Shown: piece after piece, positions 54,579-63,998 of the stretch
Layout: each line of letters opens with the position of its first letter
Numbering within the stretch: the stretch's first letter is position 1
From: an uncultured Planctomycetales bacterium
GTDB lineage: Bacteria; Omnitrophota; Gorgyraeia; Gygaellales; Profunditerraquicolaceae
NCBI GenBank assembly: GCA_964645795.1
Contig: CAZYCL010000003.1
Location: 101,771 to 165,770 of the forward strand
DNA: 64,000 nt
Direction of reading: 5' to 3'
Made by a program: the position numbers and the translations under genes
Notes under the pieces: generated by a model
Seen by the model: the letters and a program-made list of their open reading frames with translations, nothing else
Told to the model about the DNA's origin: nothing
Databases searched by the model: none

Positions 54579-55705
54579 CAGGATTATTCGCTGGTGATTT
54601 CAAAGCCGTATACCTGGCTTTACTTTTCCTGGTATGGTGGAGCTACCAGGGTTATTTTATTTACTTGTATACGCATGCACGCAAGCCCCGTGAAAACTCA
54701 CCCGATCCAAACAGGCATTTCTTTACCATCGTCGTACCTGTTTTTAACGAGAAGGAGCTTATTGAAGCGAAGGTCGAAAATCTCAGGCGCCTCAGAGGAG
54801 GGAATTACGAAGTTTATTTTTCAGACGCCTCTTGCGATGAAACCTCCAAGATGATCAATAATCTTATTGACGGTTTGGACAATTTCAAGCTGATCCGGGC
54901 AGAGTATCGTAGCCGCAGCTTCCAGATCAATCAAGTTTTGTGCAGAGCTAAAGGAGACTTGATACTTATCAGCGACTGTGACGGACTTATCAGCGAAGAT
55001 GCGCTGGAAAAAATATCGGCAGAATTCGCTGACCAGGATACGGCCGTGGTCGGGGCCTACGTTGTGCCGCGCACCGGCTACGTCAAAGATATCCGATTCT
55101 GGACGGTCCAAAACAGCATGCGCAGCCTTGAAAGCTCTTATGGGCACGCTTCGACGGCAGTGGGTGTCTGTTACGCCTTTCGTAAGGATCTGTTAAGCCG
55201 CATCCCCGATGACTCGCTGGCAGAAGACATATACATATCGCTATTTGCCAACTTCAAAGGTCGACGCACCGTTTACTCGGCGGATGTAATCGCTTATGAG
55301 TTGCGATTCCCGCGCAATTTCAAGCAATTCCTGAAACACAAGATCGCTAAAGCAGAAAACAACATCACGGAGATGTTCAGGTTCCTGCCTTGCGTATGGA
55401 GTGCCGGCGCAAAGTGGTTGATAGTTTATCTTACCAGGCTCAGCCAGATAGCCATACTGCCCATACTTGTTTATGCCTTTTTTTACCTGGCATTCTTTCA
55501 AAAACCAACGATGATCTTTTTCAGCGCATGCCTTCTGTTTTTCTCAGGCATAGCGCAGTTGCATATAATCTCAAAAATCAAGAAAGAGCAAACGAGGTTA
55601 AACCTGGCGCAGGTAATAGAGATAGCTGCATTGACCAATTTAATTCTTTTTATCGCGATAATTAAACACTTCGTTTTGAGAAGGAAAGTCTATACGCGCA
55701 TATGA
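54575..55705 (+). CDS. Integral-membrane family 2 glycosyltransferase (processive synthase-like topology)
   Basis: 376 aa with two N-terminal TM helices, a GT-A catalytic core (IVVPVFNEKE...DASCDE...SDCDG) and 3-4 C-terminal TM helices. Confidence 0.7.
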   Translation: MTGLFAGDFKAVYLALLFLVWWSYQGYFIYLYTHARKPRENSPDPNRHFFTIVVPVFNEKELIEAKVENLRRLRGGNYEVYFSDASCDETSKMINNLIDGLDNFKLIRAEYRSRSFQINQVLCRAKGDLILISDCDGLISEDALEKISAEFADQDTAVVGAYVVPRTGYVKDIRFWTVQNSMRSLESSYGHASTAVGVCYAFRKDLLSRIPDDSLAEDIYISLFANFKGRRTVYSADVIAYELRFPRNFKQFLKHKIAKAENNITEMFRFLPCVWSAGAKWLIVYLTRLSQIAILPILVYAFFYLAFFQKPTMIFFSACLLFFSGIAQLHIISKIKKEQTRLNLAQVIEIAALTNLILFIAIIKHFVLRRKVYTRI

Positions 55706-55709
55706 GCAT

Positions 55710-57140
55710 ATGGATGTATTGATCTTAAACGGGCCGTTCATCAAGGATTTTTGCAGAAATCAACGCTGGCCCGCAAGAACAAGGGCAAGGGTGCTGCGGC
55801 CCCCGGATTGGCTATGTTACGCAGCCGCCGTACTCAAAAAAGAAAGTTTAAGCGTCTCGCTTTACGATTTTGTCGCCAGGGGTTGGGATAAAGACAGGCT
55901 GGCCGAGATTGCACGCCGGGAAAAACCCGATTTCGTCGTTATTGACTCTTCCACGCCTTCGATATATTCAGATATCGAGTGCGCCTGGATATGCAAGTCC
56001 AATTCGCGGGCCAAGGTCATAATGGTTGGCACTCACGCTACGGCTTTCCCGCGGGAAACCCTCATGGCGGCAAAGGGAAGCATTGACGTTATCGCGCTGG
56101 GAGAATATGACCATACTATAAGCGATATCATCCGGTCCTGGCCGCGTCTTGAAGGGGTGCGCGGGGTAGCTTATCTAAGGCAAGGGAAAACGGAATTTGG
56201 CGCCTGCCGGCCGCTTATCGATGATTTAGACAGCCTTCCTTTCCCGGCATGGCATTACCTGGATATATACAGCTATTTTGACGCAGGAAGGCTTTATCCC
56301 TATATAAATATTATCGGCGGGCGGGGCTGCCCATACCAATGCTCTTTTTGCCAGTGGCCTCAGCTTATGTTCGGCCACCAGTACCGTTTTCGTTCGCCGA
56401 AAAACATCGTTGACGAAATCGAGTACGACCTCTCGCTCTTCCCGGGCCTTAAAAAGGGCGAGTTTTTCTTCGAAGACGACACATTCACAGTCAATAAAGA
56501 GCGGGCGGAGCTTATCACTGAGGAAATCAGCCGGCGAGGCCTGGGCATAACCTGGTCTGCCAATTCGCGGCCGGATATTCTTGATCCGGGGCTGTTTCGC
56601 AAGATGAAACTGTCGGGCTGCCGAGAATTGCTGGTTGGGTTTGAATCCGGAGACCAGCACATTCTCGATAACATCAAGAAGAACCTGAAACTGGAGCACT
56701 CTTGGGAGTTTGTTAGGCTGGCCAGGGAAGCCGGGTTACAGGTGCACGGTTGTTTTGTCCTCGGACTTCCGGGAGAGACAAAGGAGTCGGCCGCCAGAAC
56801 CATAGAGTTTGCCCTGAAGCTTGGTATCGATACCCTGCAGTTCTCGGCCGCAGTGCCTCTGCCGGGTTCGGAGTATTTTGACTACTGCCAAAAACAAGGG
56901 CTCCTGAAAGCTTCATCCTGGGACAACTGGCTTGAAGGGGGAGAGCAGGGGGCGGTAGTCGAGTATCCGGGGCTGAGCATAAAAGACATCAACCGCATGG
57001 TTGATGACGGATTAAAAAGATTTTATCTGAATCCGCGGTTTATCCTCAAATCGCTTGCCTCTAGCCGCGGCCTCCGTGATGTTTTCTGCAAGGCCAGGGG
57101 CGGCTTCAATTTTCTTTCCTACCTGCTTAATCGCAGTTGA
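55710..57140 (+). CDS. Cobalamin-binding radical SAM enzyme (class B), paralog of 50317-51735
   Basis: 476 aa with the same architecture (MDVLILNGPF...; GGRGCPYQCSFCQWP) and alignable with the other copy throughout. Confidence 0.8.
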   Translation: MDVLILNGPFIKDFCRNQRWPARTRARVLRPPDWLCYAAAVLKKESLSVSLYDFVARGWDKDRLAEIARREKPDFVVIDSSTPSIYSDIECAWICKSNSRAKVIMVGTHATAFPRETLMAAKGSIDVIALGEYDHTISDIIRSWPRLEGVRGVAYLRQGKTEFGACRPLIDDLDSLPFPAWHYLDIYSYFDAGRLYPYINIIGGRGCPYQCSFCQWPQLMFGHQYRFRSPKNIVDEIEYDLSLFPGLKKGEFFFEDDTFTVNKERAELITEEISRRGLGITWSANSRPDILDPGLFRKMKLSGCRELLVGFESGDQHILDNIKKNLKLEHSWEFVRLAREAGLQVHGCFVLGLPGETKESAARTIEFALKLGIDTLQFSAAVPLPGSEYFDYCQKQGLLKASSWDNWLEGGEQGAVVEYPGLSIKDINRMVDDGLKRFYLNPRFILKSLASSRGLRDVFCKARGGFNFLSYLLNRS

Positions 57141-57143
57141 CCG

Positions 57144-57171
57144 TTGACATATATCATTTAAATGATATAAT
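57144..57171 (+). promoter_or_regulatory. Consensus sigma-70 promoter for rpsU (-35 TTGACA, 16 nt, -10 TATAAT)
   Basis: TTGACA at 57144-57149 and TATAAT at 57166-57171. The spacer contains the perfect palindrome TCATTTAAATGA. Confidence 0.6.
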
Positions 57172-57206
57172 AATTATCTAATTTTAGAATGAAAGGAGTG
57201 ATTATC

Positions 57207-57368
57207 TTGCCGCAGATCGAAGTAAGAAAGGACGAGCCGTTTGAGGCGGCCCTTCGCCGTTTCAAGAAAAAGATCGAACAGGAGGGCATCCTCAAAGAGG
57301 TGCGCGACCGCAAACACTACGAAAAACCCAGCGAACGCAAAAGAAAGAGGGCCAAGGGTAGAAGATAG
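57207..57368 (+). CDS. rpsU: 30S ribosomal protein S21
   Basis: Absent from the ORF track because it has a TTG start and is only 53 aa. It reads [53 protein letters not shown], a textbook S21. AAAGGAG RBS 7 nt upstream. Confidence 0.85.
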   Translation: MPQIEVRKDEPFEAALRRFKKKIEQEGILKEVRDRKHYEKPSERKRKRAKGRR

Positions 57369-57369
57369 A

Positions 57370-58299
57370 ATGCCTGTTTCCTTGTCCACCGCCTGGAACG
57401 CATGGAGGCATTCGGACGGGTACTCCATGCTCTTTGAAATCAAGGAATTAGGTTTTGGGGATGCGGAATTGAGCTTTAACATCGGCCCCGATATGATACA
57501 GGGAATTAAGCGCGCCGTAGATGAGGGGTTGATCAGGATATCCAGCATCCATAACACCTGCCCTACCCCGGACGGCCTGCCCAGGTTTCAGGCGCTTCCT
57601 GACCACTATTCGATGTCCTCTGCTGAATCCGATAAAAGGGCGTTGGCTGTCAAATTCGCTAAAAAAAGCCTTGATACGGCCCGCCTACTCGGCGCCAGGG
57701 TACTTGTCCTGCACTGTGGCAGGGTCGAGATCCCGGACAGAACCCGCCAGATGATCGAGCTTGCTGACGCAGGGCTGCTAAATTCCCGCGAATTCCAGGA
57801 GATCCGAACTCATGCTATCCTGGAAAGAGAAAGGGCTTCAGCTCCGTTTTTAGAAAATACATTGCGCAGCCTCGAAGAAATATCCGATTACGCTAAAGTA
57901 TCCGGCATCTTACTCGGCATCGAAAACAGGTTCTACTACCGCGAGATACCGGCTTTTGATGAGATCGCGGTCATTTTAGACAAACTCAAAGGGGCCAATC
58001 TTTTTTATTGGCACGACACCGGACACGCCCAGATCATGAATGCGCTGGGACTCGGGCCGCCCCAGAAAGAATCCCTTGCCGCTTTCGGCGACTCAATCAT
58101 AGGCTTTCACCTGCACGATGTATCCGGCTTAAAAGACCACCTTGCGCCTTCGAAAGGGACGATCGATTTCAAGATATTCTCGCCATACCTAAAGAAGGAT
58201 GTGATAAAAGTAATTGAGGCGCACAGCCCGGCGGACACAATAGACATTGATAACAGCAGGAAGATGCTTGTCTCCCTATGCCAAGATGAATGCCGATGA
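57370..58299 (+). CDS. Xylose-isomerase-like TIM-barrel protein (sugar phosphate isomerase/epimerase family)
   Basis: Start at the ATG at 57370, in frame with the track ORF 57241 whose N-terminus overlaps rpsU. Metal-ligand motifs LGIEN, WHDTGHA and HLHD are present. Confidence 0.7.
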   Translation: MPVSLSTAWNAWRHSDGYSMLFEIKELGFGDAELSFNIGPDMIQGIKRAVDEGLIRISSIHNTCPTPDGLPRFQALPDHYSMSSAESDKRALAVKFAKKSLDTARLLGARVLVLHCGRVEIPDRTRQMIELADAGLLNSREFQEIRTHAILERERASAPFLENTLRSLEEISDYAKVSGILLGIENRFYYREIPAFDEIAVILDKLKGANLFYWHDTGHAQIMNALGLGPPQKESLAAFGDSIIGFHLHDVSGLKDHLAPSKGTIDFKIFSPYLKKDVIKVIEAHSPADTIDIDNSRKMLVSLCQDECR

Positions 58300-59107
58300 T
58301 ATAAGGGAAGCGATAGTTGCGGGAAAATTTTACCCGGCTTCAGCTCAAGGAATACGAAAACAGCTGGGTTCGTTCATTGAAACTGAGGGCGTCAATACCG
58401 ACGCCTACGCGTGCGTCCTGCCCCACGCAGGATACCTTTATTCTGGCAAAGTCGCTACCCAGACCGCCTCGCAGGTACTCATAAAAGATACGGTCATTCT
58501 TCTGGGGCCCAACCATACCGGATACGGAAAGCCGTTCAGCATCATTTCCAGCGGAACCTGGCAGACGCCCCTGGGGGACATCGGGATCGATACCGGATTT
58601 GCTGCCTCGCTTCTGGGTTCCTCCAAGCTGCTTAAAGAAGACCGCTCGGCGCATGCTTACGAACATTCATTGGAGGTAGAGCTGCCGGTTTTGCAATATT
58701 TCAGGGCCGACTTCAAGATCGTCCCTATCAGCATAGCAAGCGCCAGCCTTAAGGAGCTTAGGGATTTGGGTGAGGAGCTCTCGGCTGCCCTTACCAGGGC
58801 GAACAAGAAAAGATCCGTCCTTATTGTTGCCAGCTCCGATTTTTCTCATTATGAGCCGCTTGAAGTCGCCCGGGAGAAAGACTCCAAGGCGATCAAGGCA
58901 ATCCTTGAGCTTGATGAAGAGCTTCTTTTTGAAAATGTGAAAAAGTTCGACATATCCATGTGCGGCTGGGCGCCGGTGGCCGCCGCGATTTGCTGTTCAA
59001 AAAGGTTAGGGGCAAAAAAATCGCGCCTGGTCGCCTATCAGACCAGCGCCGACCAGACTCATGACGAAACCAGCGTTGTAGGTTACGCCGGTATAATAAT
59101 CTACTAA
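58286..59107 (+). CDS. MEMO1-family protein (AmmeMemoRadiSam system protein B-like)
   Basis: Start at the internal Met (MNADDIREAIVAGKFYP...). MEMO motifs AGKFYP and LPHAGYLYSG. Metal/His residues conserved. Confidence 0.7.
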   Translation: MNADDIREAIVAGKFYPASAQGIRKQLGSFIETEGVNTDAYACVLPHAGYLYSGKVATQTASQVLIKDTVILLGPNHTGYGKPFSIISSGTWQTPLGDIGIDTGFAASLLGSSKLLKEDRSAHAYEHSLEVELPVLQYFRADFKIVPISIASASLKELRDLGEELSAALTRANKKRSVLIVASSDFSHYEPLEVAREKDSKAIKAILELDEELLFENVKKFDISMCGWAPVAAAICCSKRLGAKKSRLVAYQTSADQTHDETSVVGYAGIIIY

Positions 59108-59120
59108 GGAGAGATCCGCG

Positions 59121-59471
59121 ATGGGGGAGCCAGAAAAAAAAGTCGACCAGGAGTGGAAAGAAAGGGCGGAAAGGGAAAAGGAAGAACTGGGCAGCGGTGA
59201 GGGGGCGTTCAGCGCGCCTGAGCCGACTTTCAGTTTTTTTATTACGACCCTCTCGATGCAGGCCTCTATTGCCTTGGGGATGATGGAGAACCCCGTTACC
59301 AATAAGACCGAAGAGAACCTCGAACAGGCAAAGTTCCTTATTGAGACTCTGGCTATGCTGCAGGATAAGACCAGGAACAATCTTATGGGCGAAGAAGGAA
59401 AGCTGCTGGACAACCTTCTCTTCGAGCTTAGGAACGCCTATATATCCAAAACAAAGGGGGTAAAAAGTTGA
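59121..59471 (+). CDS. Hypothetical protein (116 aa, charged N-terminus, central hydrophobic helix)
   Basis: ORF with a GGAGAGA-like RBS and no recognisable catalytic motif. Confidence 0.5.
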   Translation: MGEPEKKVDQEWKERAEREKEELGSGEGAFSAPEPTFSFFITTLSMQASIALGMMENPVTNKTEENLEQAKFLIETLAMLQDKTRNNLMGEEGKLLDNLLFELRNAYISKTKGVKS

Positions 59472-59623
59472 TAGACAAAGAGCTTCTGGAGATCTTGGCC
59501 TGCCCCGACTGCAAAGGCGATGTCGCTCTTAAAGATAACAGGATCGTCTGCGGCAAGTGCGGGAAAAAATACCCCATCCGCGACGGCATCCCCATTATGC
59601 TAATAGATGAGGCCGAACAATAA
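59468..59623 (+). CDS. Trm112-like zinc-ribbon mini-protein (51 aa)
   Basis: TTG start, in TTGA overlap with the upstream stop. It reads LIDKELLEILACPDCKGDVALKDNRIVCGKCGKKYPIRDGIPIMLIDEAEQ*, the Trm112/DUF343 pattern (LACP.C...C..C...YP...GIP.ML). Confidence 0.65.
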   Translation: MIDKELLEILACPDCKGDVALKDNRIVCGKCGKKYPIRDGIPIMLIDEAEQ

Positions 59624-59698
59624 AAAGTCACCAAGTCACAAAGTCACCATGTCACCCGTTTGACCGGTGACATGGTGGCGCGGTGACCTGGTGACCCT
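59624..59698. repeat. Array of four GTCAC(C)-type octamers followed by four inverted GGTGAC(C)-type octamers (long imperfect palindrome)
   Basis: AAAGTCACC AAGTCACA AAGTCACC ATGTCACC CGTTTGA CCGGTGACAT GGTGGCGC GGTGACCT GGTGACCC. The arms are reverse complements with a few mismatches. It lies between the Trm112-like ORF and aroQ. Confidence 0.7.
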
Positions 59699-59717
59699 GA
59701 ATTGCTATTGCGATTAT

Positions 59718-60152
59718 ATGAAGAAAATACTGGTCATCCACGGCCCCAACCTTAACCTGCTTGGCAAGAGGGAGCCGGCGGTATACGGCAAAGTAACACT
59801 GGGGGAAATAAACAAGCGGCTAAGGACGCTGGCTAAAAAGAGAAAAACCGGCCTTAGTATCATTCAATCAAACCACGAGGGCAGGATTGTAGATCTGGTC
59901 GGCAAGAGCCCTAAACGCTTCCACGCTATCCTGATCAACCCCGCCGCCTATACCCACACCAGCGTTGCAATAAGGGACGCCATCGCCGGCTGCGGTATCC
60001 CTGCCATCGAGGTGCATCTGTCTAACATCCACTGCCGCGAAGAGTTCAGGCACAGATCCCTTATAAGCCCGGTAGCCAAAGGCACGATCATGGGTTTCGG
60101 CGCCAATAGCTACTGTCTGGGGCTGGAAGCGCTGCTAGATATACTCTCATGA
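59718..60152 (+). CDS. aroQ: 3-dehydroquinate dehydratase, type II
   Basis: Start at the ATG at 59718 ([20 protein letters not shown]...); the track ORF's upstream extension runs through the repeat array. Type II DHQase motifs are present. Confidence 0.88.
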   Translation: MKKILVIHGPNLNLLGKREPAVYGKVTLGEINKRLRTLAKKRKTGLSIIQSNHEGRIVDLVGKSPKRFHAILINPAAYTHTSVAIRDAIAGCGIPAIEVHLSNIHCREEFRHRSLISPVAKGTIMGFGANSYCLGLEALLDILS

Positions 60153-61216
60153 AAGAAAGATCCAGGCTGCACAGGCTTTACCCTGCCCTTCAAGAGCGGG
60201 GCCTGGACGGACTCATTATCTCCAGCCCGCACAACATAAGCTATCTTTCTGGCTTTACGAGCCGCGATTCATATTTTCTGGCTTCGCCAAAAACCAACCT
60301 ATACTTTACAGATTCCAGATATAGCGCCGAGGTTAAAGGCAGCCTTAAGGACAAGGCCGTCCTGAAAGAGATAAACGGTTCGGTCTTCAGGCTTATTGCC
60401 GACTCATGCAGGCAGTTACGGCTTAAACGGATAGGTTTTGAAGAACGCCTGATGCCTTTTGCCGAATACAAAAACATCAAAAGGTGGTCAGGGAAAGGTC
60501 TGGTTTTGGTGCCGGTCCATTCAATGGTAGAAGAATTGCGTAAGTACAAATCAAAAGAGGAATTAGGGCATATCCGTAAGGCTGTGAGTATCGCAGCGAA
60601 GGCCTTGAACCATATAGGCTCGCTCCTGAGACCCGGACTGACAGAGCTTGAAGTCGCCTCAGAGGTGGAATGTCATATCAGGAGGAATGGGGCCTTAAAA
60701 GCCAGCTTTGACATAATCGTAGCTTCGGGCCCTAACTCGAGCTTCCCCCACCACATAACTTCCACTCGAAAGCTCCAGAAGAACGAAACTGTCCTTATCG
60801 ACATGGGGGTAGACTGCCAAGGCTACAAATCCGACTTGACAAGGGTTTTCTTTTTGGGTAAAATTAACCTTCTTAGACGAAAAATATACGGTATTGTCTT
60901 GGAAGCGCAAAAAAGGGCACTGGAAAAGATACGCCCCGGAATAAGGGCGTCCGAAATAGATGCAGCAGCCCGCCAACATATAGCTCGCAGTGGCTACGGC
61001 GCCTACTTTCTGCACAGTCTTGGGCATGGAGTGGGCCTGGAGATTCATGAAGAGCCGCAAATATCTGCAAAAAGCGACAATATCGTAGCCGAATCAATGG
61101 TGTTCACGGTTGAGCCGGCCATTTATCTTCCGGGAAAATTCGGAATAAGGATCGAGGACATGGTTTTAGTTACTGAAAAAGGCTGTGAGGTGTTAAGTGG
61201 CGCTGTCGATAAATGA
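60149..61216 (+). CDS. pepP: Xaa-Pro aminopeptidase / M24B family peptidase
   Basis: 355 aa with a creatinase-like N-terminal domain and M24 metal ligands ([27 protein letters not shown]). Confidence 0.85.
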   Translation: MKERSRLHRLYPALQERGLDGLIISSPHNISYLSGFTSRDSYFLASPKTNLYFTDSRYSAEVKGSLKDKAVLKEINGSVFRLIADSCRQLRLKRIGFEERLMPFAEYKNIKRWSGKGLVLVPVHSMVEELRKYKSKEELGHIRKAVSIAAKALNHIGSLLRPGLTELEVASEVECHIRRNGALKASFDIIVASGPNSSFPHHITSTRKLQKNETVLIDMGVDCQGYKSDLTRVFFLGKINLLRRKIYGIVLEAQKRALEKIRPGIRASEIDAAARQHIARSGYGAYFLHSLGHGVGLEIHEEPQISAKSDNIVAESMVFTVEPAIYLPGKFGIRIEDMVLVTEKGCEVLSGAVDK

Positions 61217-61760
61217 CGTAAAAAGCGGTTTGACGATCCTGGTGGACGCTACCGTCTATATGGTGGTGGATGCCCAGCATGTCAAGCCCGGCAAAGGGGC
61301 GGCATTCGTGCGCGCCAGGATGCGCAACATGAAGACGGGCAATATCCAGGAGCAGACCTTCAGGGGAGACGAAAAGATAGAGCAGGCCTTTGTAGAGGAA
61401 AGAAAGCTTCAGTACCTGTATCATTCCGGAAGCATGTACCATTTTATGGATCAGGAGAATTACGAGGAAGTCGCCGTCAGCGAAGAGAGTATCGCGGATA
61501 AAAAGGGCTTCCTTAAAGACAACCTTGATGTTACCGGATACTTCTATAAAGGCGATACCCTGACCATCAACCTTCCGAATTTCATCGAACTAAAGATCAC
61601 CCACACTGAACCCGGCATCAAGGGCGATACGGCAAAAAGCGGCACCAAACCCGCAGAGGCCGAGACCGGCGCCACGATCCAGGTTCCTCTATTCATAGAT
61701 GTCGGAAACACCATAAAAGTCGACACAAGGACAGGCGGTTACGTCGAAAGGATCTCCTAA
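61197..61760 (+). CDS. efp: Elongation factor P
   Basis: 187 aa with the KPGKG loop (HVKPGKGAAFVRARMRN) and three OB-like domains. Confidence 0.93.
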   Translation: MALSINDVKSGLTILVDATVYMVVDAQHVKPGKGAAFVRARMRNMKTGNIQEQTFRGDEKIEQAFVEERKLQYLYHSGSMYHFMDQENYEEVAVSEESIADKKGFLKDNLDVTGYFYKGDTLTINLPNFIELKITHTEPGIKGDTAKSGTKPAEAETGATIQVPLFIDVGNTIKVDTRTGGYVERIS

Positions 61761-61808
61761 AACGCCTGAAAGTTTCTAATCCCGCCTCACAGAGGAGGAG
61801 TATTCAAG

Positions 61809-62270
61809 ATGAATATCAAAGAGATCAGGGAAATGATAACGCTGATGAACGAGAACGGCCTGGTTGAGCTCGAGATCGAAAAAGAAGGCATGCGCATCCG
61901 CCTCAGAAAGAACTCTGCCGGGAACATCGAAGCTTACAGCGGCCCGCTGCCGGTGGCGATGGAAAGGCCTCCTCAAACGCTCCAGCAGTTGCCCGCGGGC
62001 AAGTCGGCCCAGGATGAGCCTGCTTCCAAGTCGCTTGAGATAAAATCCCCGATGGTCGGGACTTTTTACCGCGCCCCTTCACCGGAAGCCGCGCCGTACG
62101 TGCAGGCAGGCCAAACCATAGAACCCGGCCAGGTCATCTGTATCATTGAAGCAATGAAACTTATGAACGAAATCAAGGCTGAAGCAAGGGGCAAGATCCT
62201 TGAGATACTGGTAGATAACGCCGAACCCGTTGAATTCAGTCAACCCTTGTTCCTGATAGAGCCCCTCTAA
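61809..62270 (+). CDS. accB: Acetyl-CoA carboxylase biotin carboxyl carrier protein
   Basis: 153 aa with a Pro/Ala linker, then a biotinyl domain with EAMKLMNEI. Confidence 0.92.
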   Translation: MNIKEIREMITLMNENGLVELEIEKEGMRIRLRKNSAGNIEAYSGPLPVAMERPPQTLQQLPAGKSAQDEPASKSLEIKSPMVGTFYRAPSPEAAPYVQAGQTIEPGQVICIIEAMKLMNEIKAEARGKILEILVDNAEPVEFSQPLFLIEPL

Positions 62271-62271
62271 A

Positions 62272-63633
62272 ATGTTTTCCAAGATCCTGATCGCTAACCG
62301 TGGCGAAATAGCCCTTAGAATAATCCGCGCCTGCCGGGAGCTGGGGATACGCACCGTAGCCGTCTACTCCCAGGCAGACAGAAACTCTCTCCACGTGCGC
62401 TTTGCCGACGAGGCGATCTGCATAGGCCAGGCCACTTCAAGCTCCAGTTACCTCAATATACCCGCGATAATCAGCGCCGCCGAGATCGCGGATGTGGAAG
62501 CGATACACCCCGGCTACGGGTTCCTGGCCGAGAATCCCCACTTTGCCGAAATCTGCGAATCATGCAAAATAACCTTCATCGGCCCGACCCCCGAGAACAT
62601 AAGGCTGATGGGCGATAAGATGGCCGCGCGAATAAGCATGCAGAAAGCGGGCCTGCCTATCATTCCCGGAAGCAGCACCGCGGTAAAAAACAAAGAAGAA
62701 GCGATAAAGACCGCCAAAGCCATCGGCTATCCGGTGATAATAAAAGCCGCGGCCGGCGGAGGCGGAAAAGGCATGCGCGTCTGCCACAATGACCTTACCC
62801 TTATCTCCAGCCTTATGACCGCCCAGGCAGAAGCGGAAGCCAACTTCGGCAACTCCAGCGTCTATATCGAAAAGTATATCGAAAAACCGAGGCACATCGA
62901 AGTCCAGATACTTGCCGACAGGCACGGCCATATGATCCATCTTGGAGAAAGGGATTGCAGCATACAGAGGCGGCATCAGAAACTGCTGGAAGAATCGCCG
63001 TCGCCGGCGCTTGATATCAAGACCCGCAAACGCATAGGGGAGTTGGCGGTTAAGGGAATAAAAAGCATAAATTACGTTAGCGCAGGCACTGTCGAGTTCC
63101 TCCTGGACCAGAAGAGCAACAACTTTTATTTCATGGAGATGAACACGCGCATACAGGTCGAGCATCCGGTCACCGAAATGGTCACCGGCATGGACCTGAT
63201 AAAAGAACAGATCAGGCTGGCGGGCGGAGAAAAATTGAAGATTGTGCAGGAGGAGGTCCGCATCCAGGGCGCAGCCATGGAGTGCCGCATCAACGCCGAG
63301 GACCCTGAAAACAACTTCATGCCCTGCCCGGGGAAAGTCGAACAGCTCAACTTGCCGGGAGGCCCGGGCGTAAGAGTAGACACGCATATGTACTGCGGTT
63401 ACGATATCCCCCCATACTACGACTCCATGATCGCCAAGATCATAACTTACGGCAAAACAAGGCTCGATGCCATAAAGACCATGCAGCGCGCGCTTAACGA
63501 ATTCTATATTTCACCCGTCAAAACTACTGCGGCATTCCATCAAAAAGTGATGCTCAACCCGCAGTTCTTAAAAGGGGACATTTCCACTCATTTCCTTCAG
63601 GACATCCTGAAACAGGAACAGAAAGAAGGTTAG
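62272..63633 (+). CDS. accC: Acetyl-CoA carboxylase biotin carboxylase subunit
   Basis: 453 aa with an ATP-grasp fold ([17 protein letters not shown]...GGGGKGMRV...[14 protein letters not shown]). Confidence 0.93.
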   Translation: MFSKILIANRGEIALRIIRACRELGIRTVAVYSQADRNSLHVRFADEAICIGQATSSSSYLNIPAIISAAEIADVEAIHPGYGFLAENPHFAEICESCKITFIGPTPENIRLMGDKMAARISMQKAGLPIIPGSSTAVKNKEEAIKTAKAIGYPVIIKAAAGGGGKGMRVCHNDLTLISSLMTAQAEAEANFGNSSVYIEKYIEKPRHIEVQILADRHGHMIHLGERDCSIQRRHQKLLEESPSPALDIKTRKRIGELAVKGIKSINYVSAGTVEFLLDQKSNNFYFMEMNTRIQVEHPVTEMVTGMDLIKEQIRLAGGEKLKIVQEEVRIQGAAMECRINAEDPENNFMPCPGKVEQLNLPGGPGVRVDTHMYCGYDIPPYYDSMIAKIITYGKTRLDAIKTMQRALNEFYISPVKTTAAFHQKVMLNPQFLKGDISTHFLQDILKQEQKEG

Positions 63634-63635
63634 CC

Positions 63636-63998
63636 ATGTTAAGAGAAGAAGCCCGATCGGACCTGGGCGTGATCAAGATCCACAAAAACGTCATCGCCTC
63701 CATCACCGCCATAGCGGCTATGGAGATCGATGGGGTAAAAAAGGTCGCAGGAAACCTTGCTGCCGGGATCCTGGGCATGCTTGGCAACAAGGGGCTTGCC
63801 GGAGTAAAGGTGGAGCTTAACGATAAAAACGAAGAGGTAAAGGTCGAGGTGCCGCTTGTTATAAAATACGATTACAACGTAGGGGAGGTGGCGGTAAAGG
63901 TCCAGGAGAACGTGCGTGCCGCGCTTGAAAAGATGACCAGTCTTTATATCAAAGATATTAACGTAAGCATCCAGGGGGTCGAAAGGGGGCAAGAATGA
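63636..63998 (+). CDS. Asp23/Gls24-family alkaline-shock-like protein
   Basis: 120 aa with the characteristic N-terminus (...GVIKIHKNVIASITAIAAMEIDGV...). Confidence 0.75.
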   Translation: MLREEARSDLGVIKIHKNVIASITAIAAMEIDGVKKVAGNLAAGILGMLGNKGLAGVKVELNDKNEEVKVEVPLVIKYDYNVGEVAVKVQENVRAALEKMTSLYIKDINVSIQGVERGQE

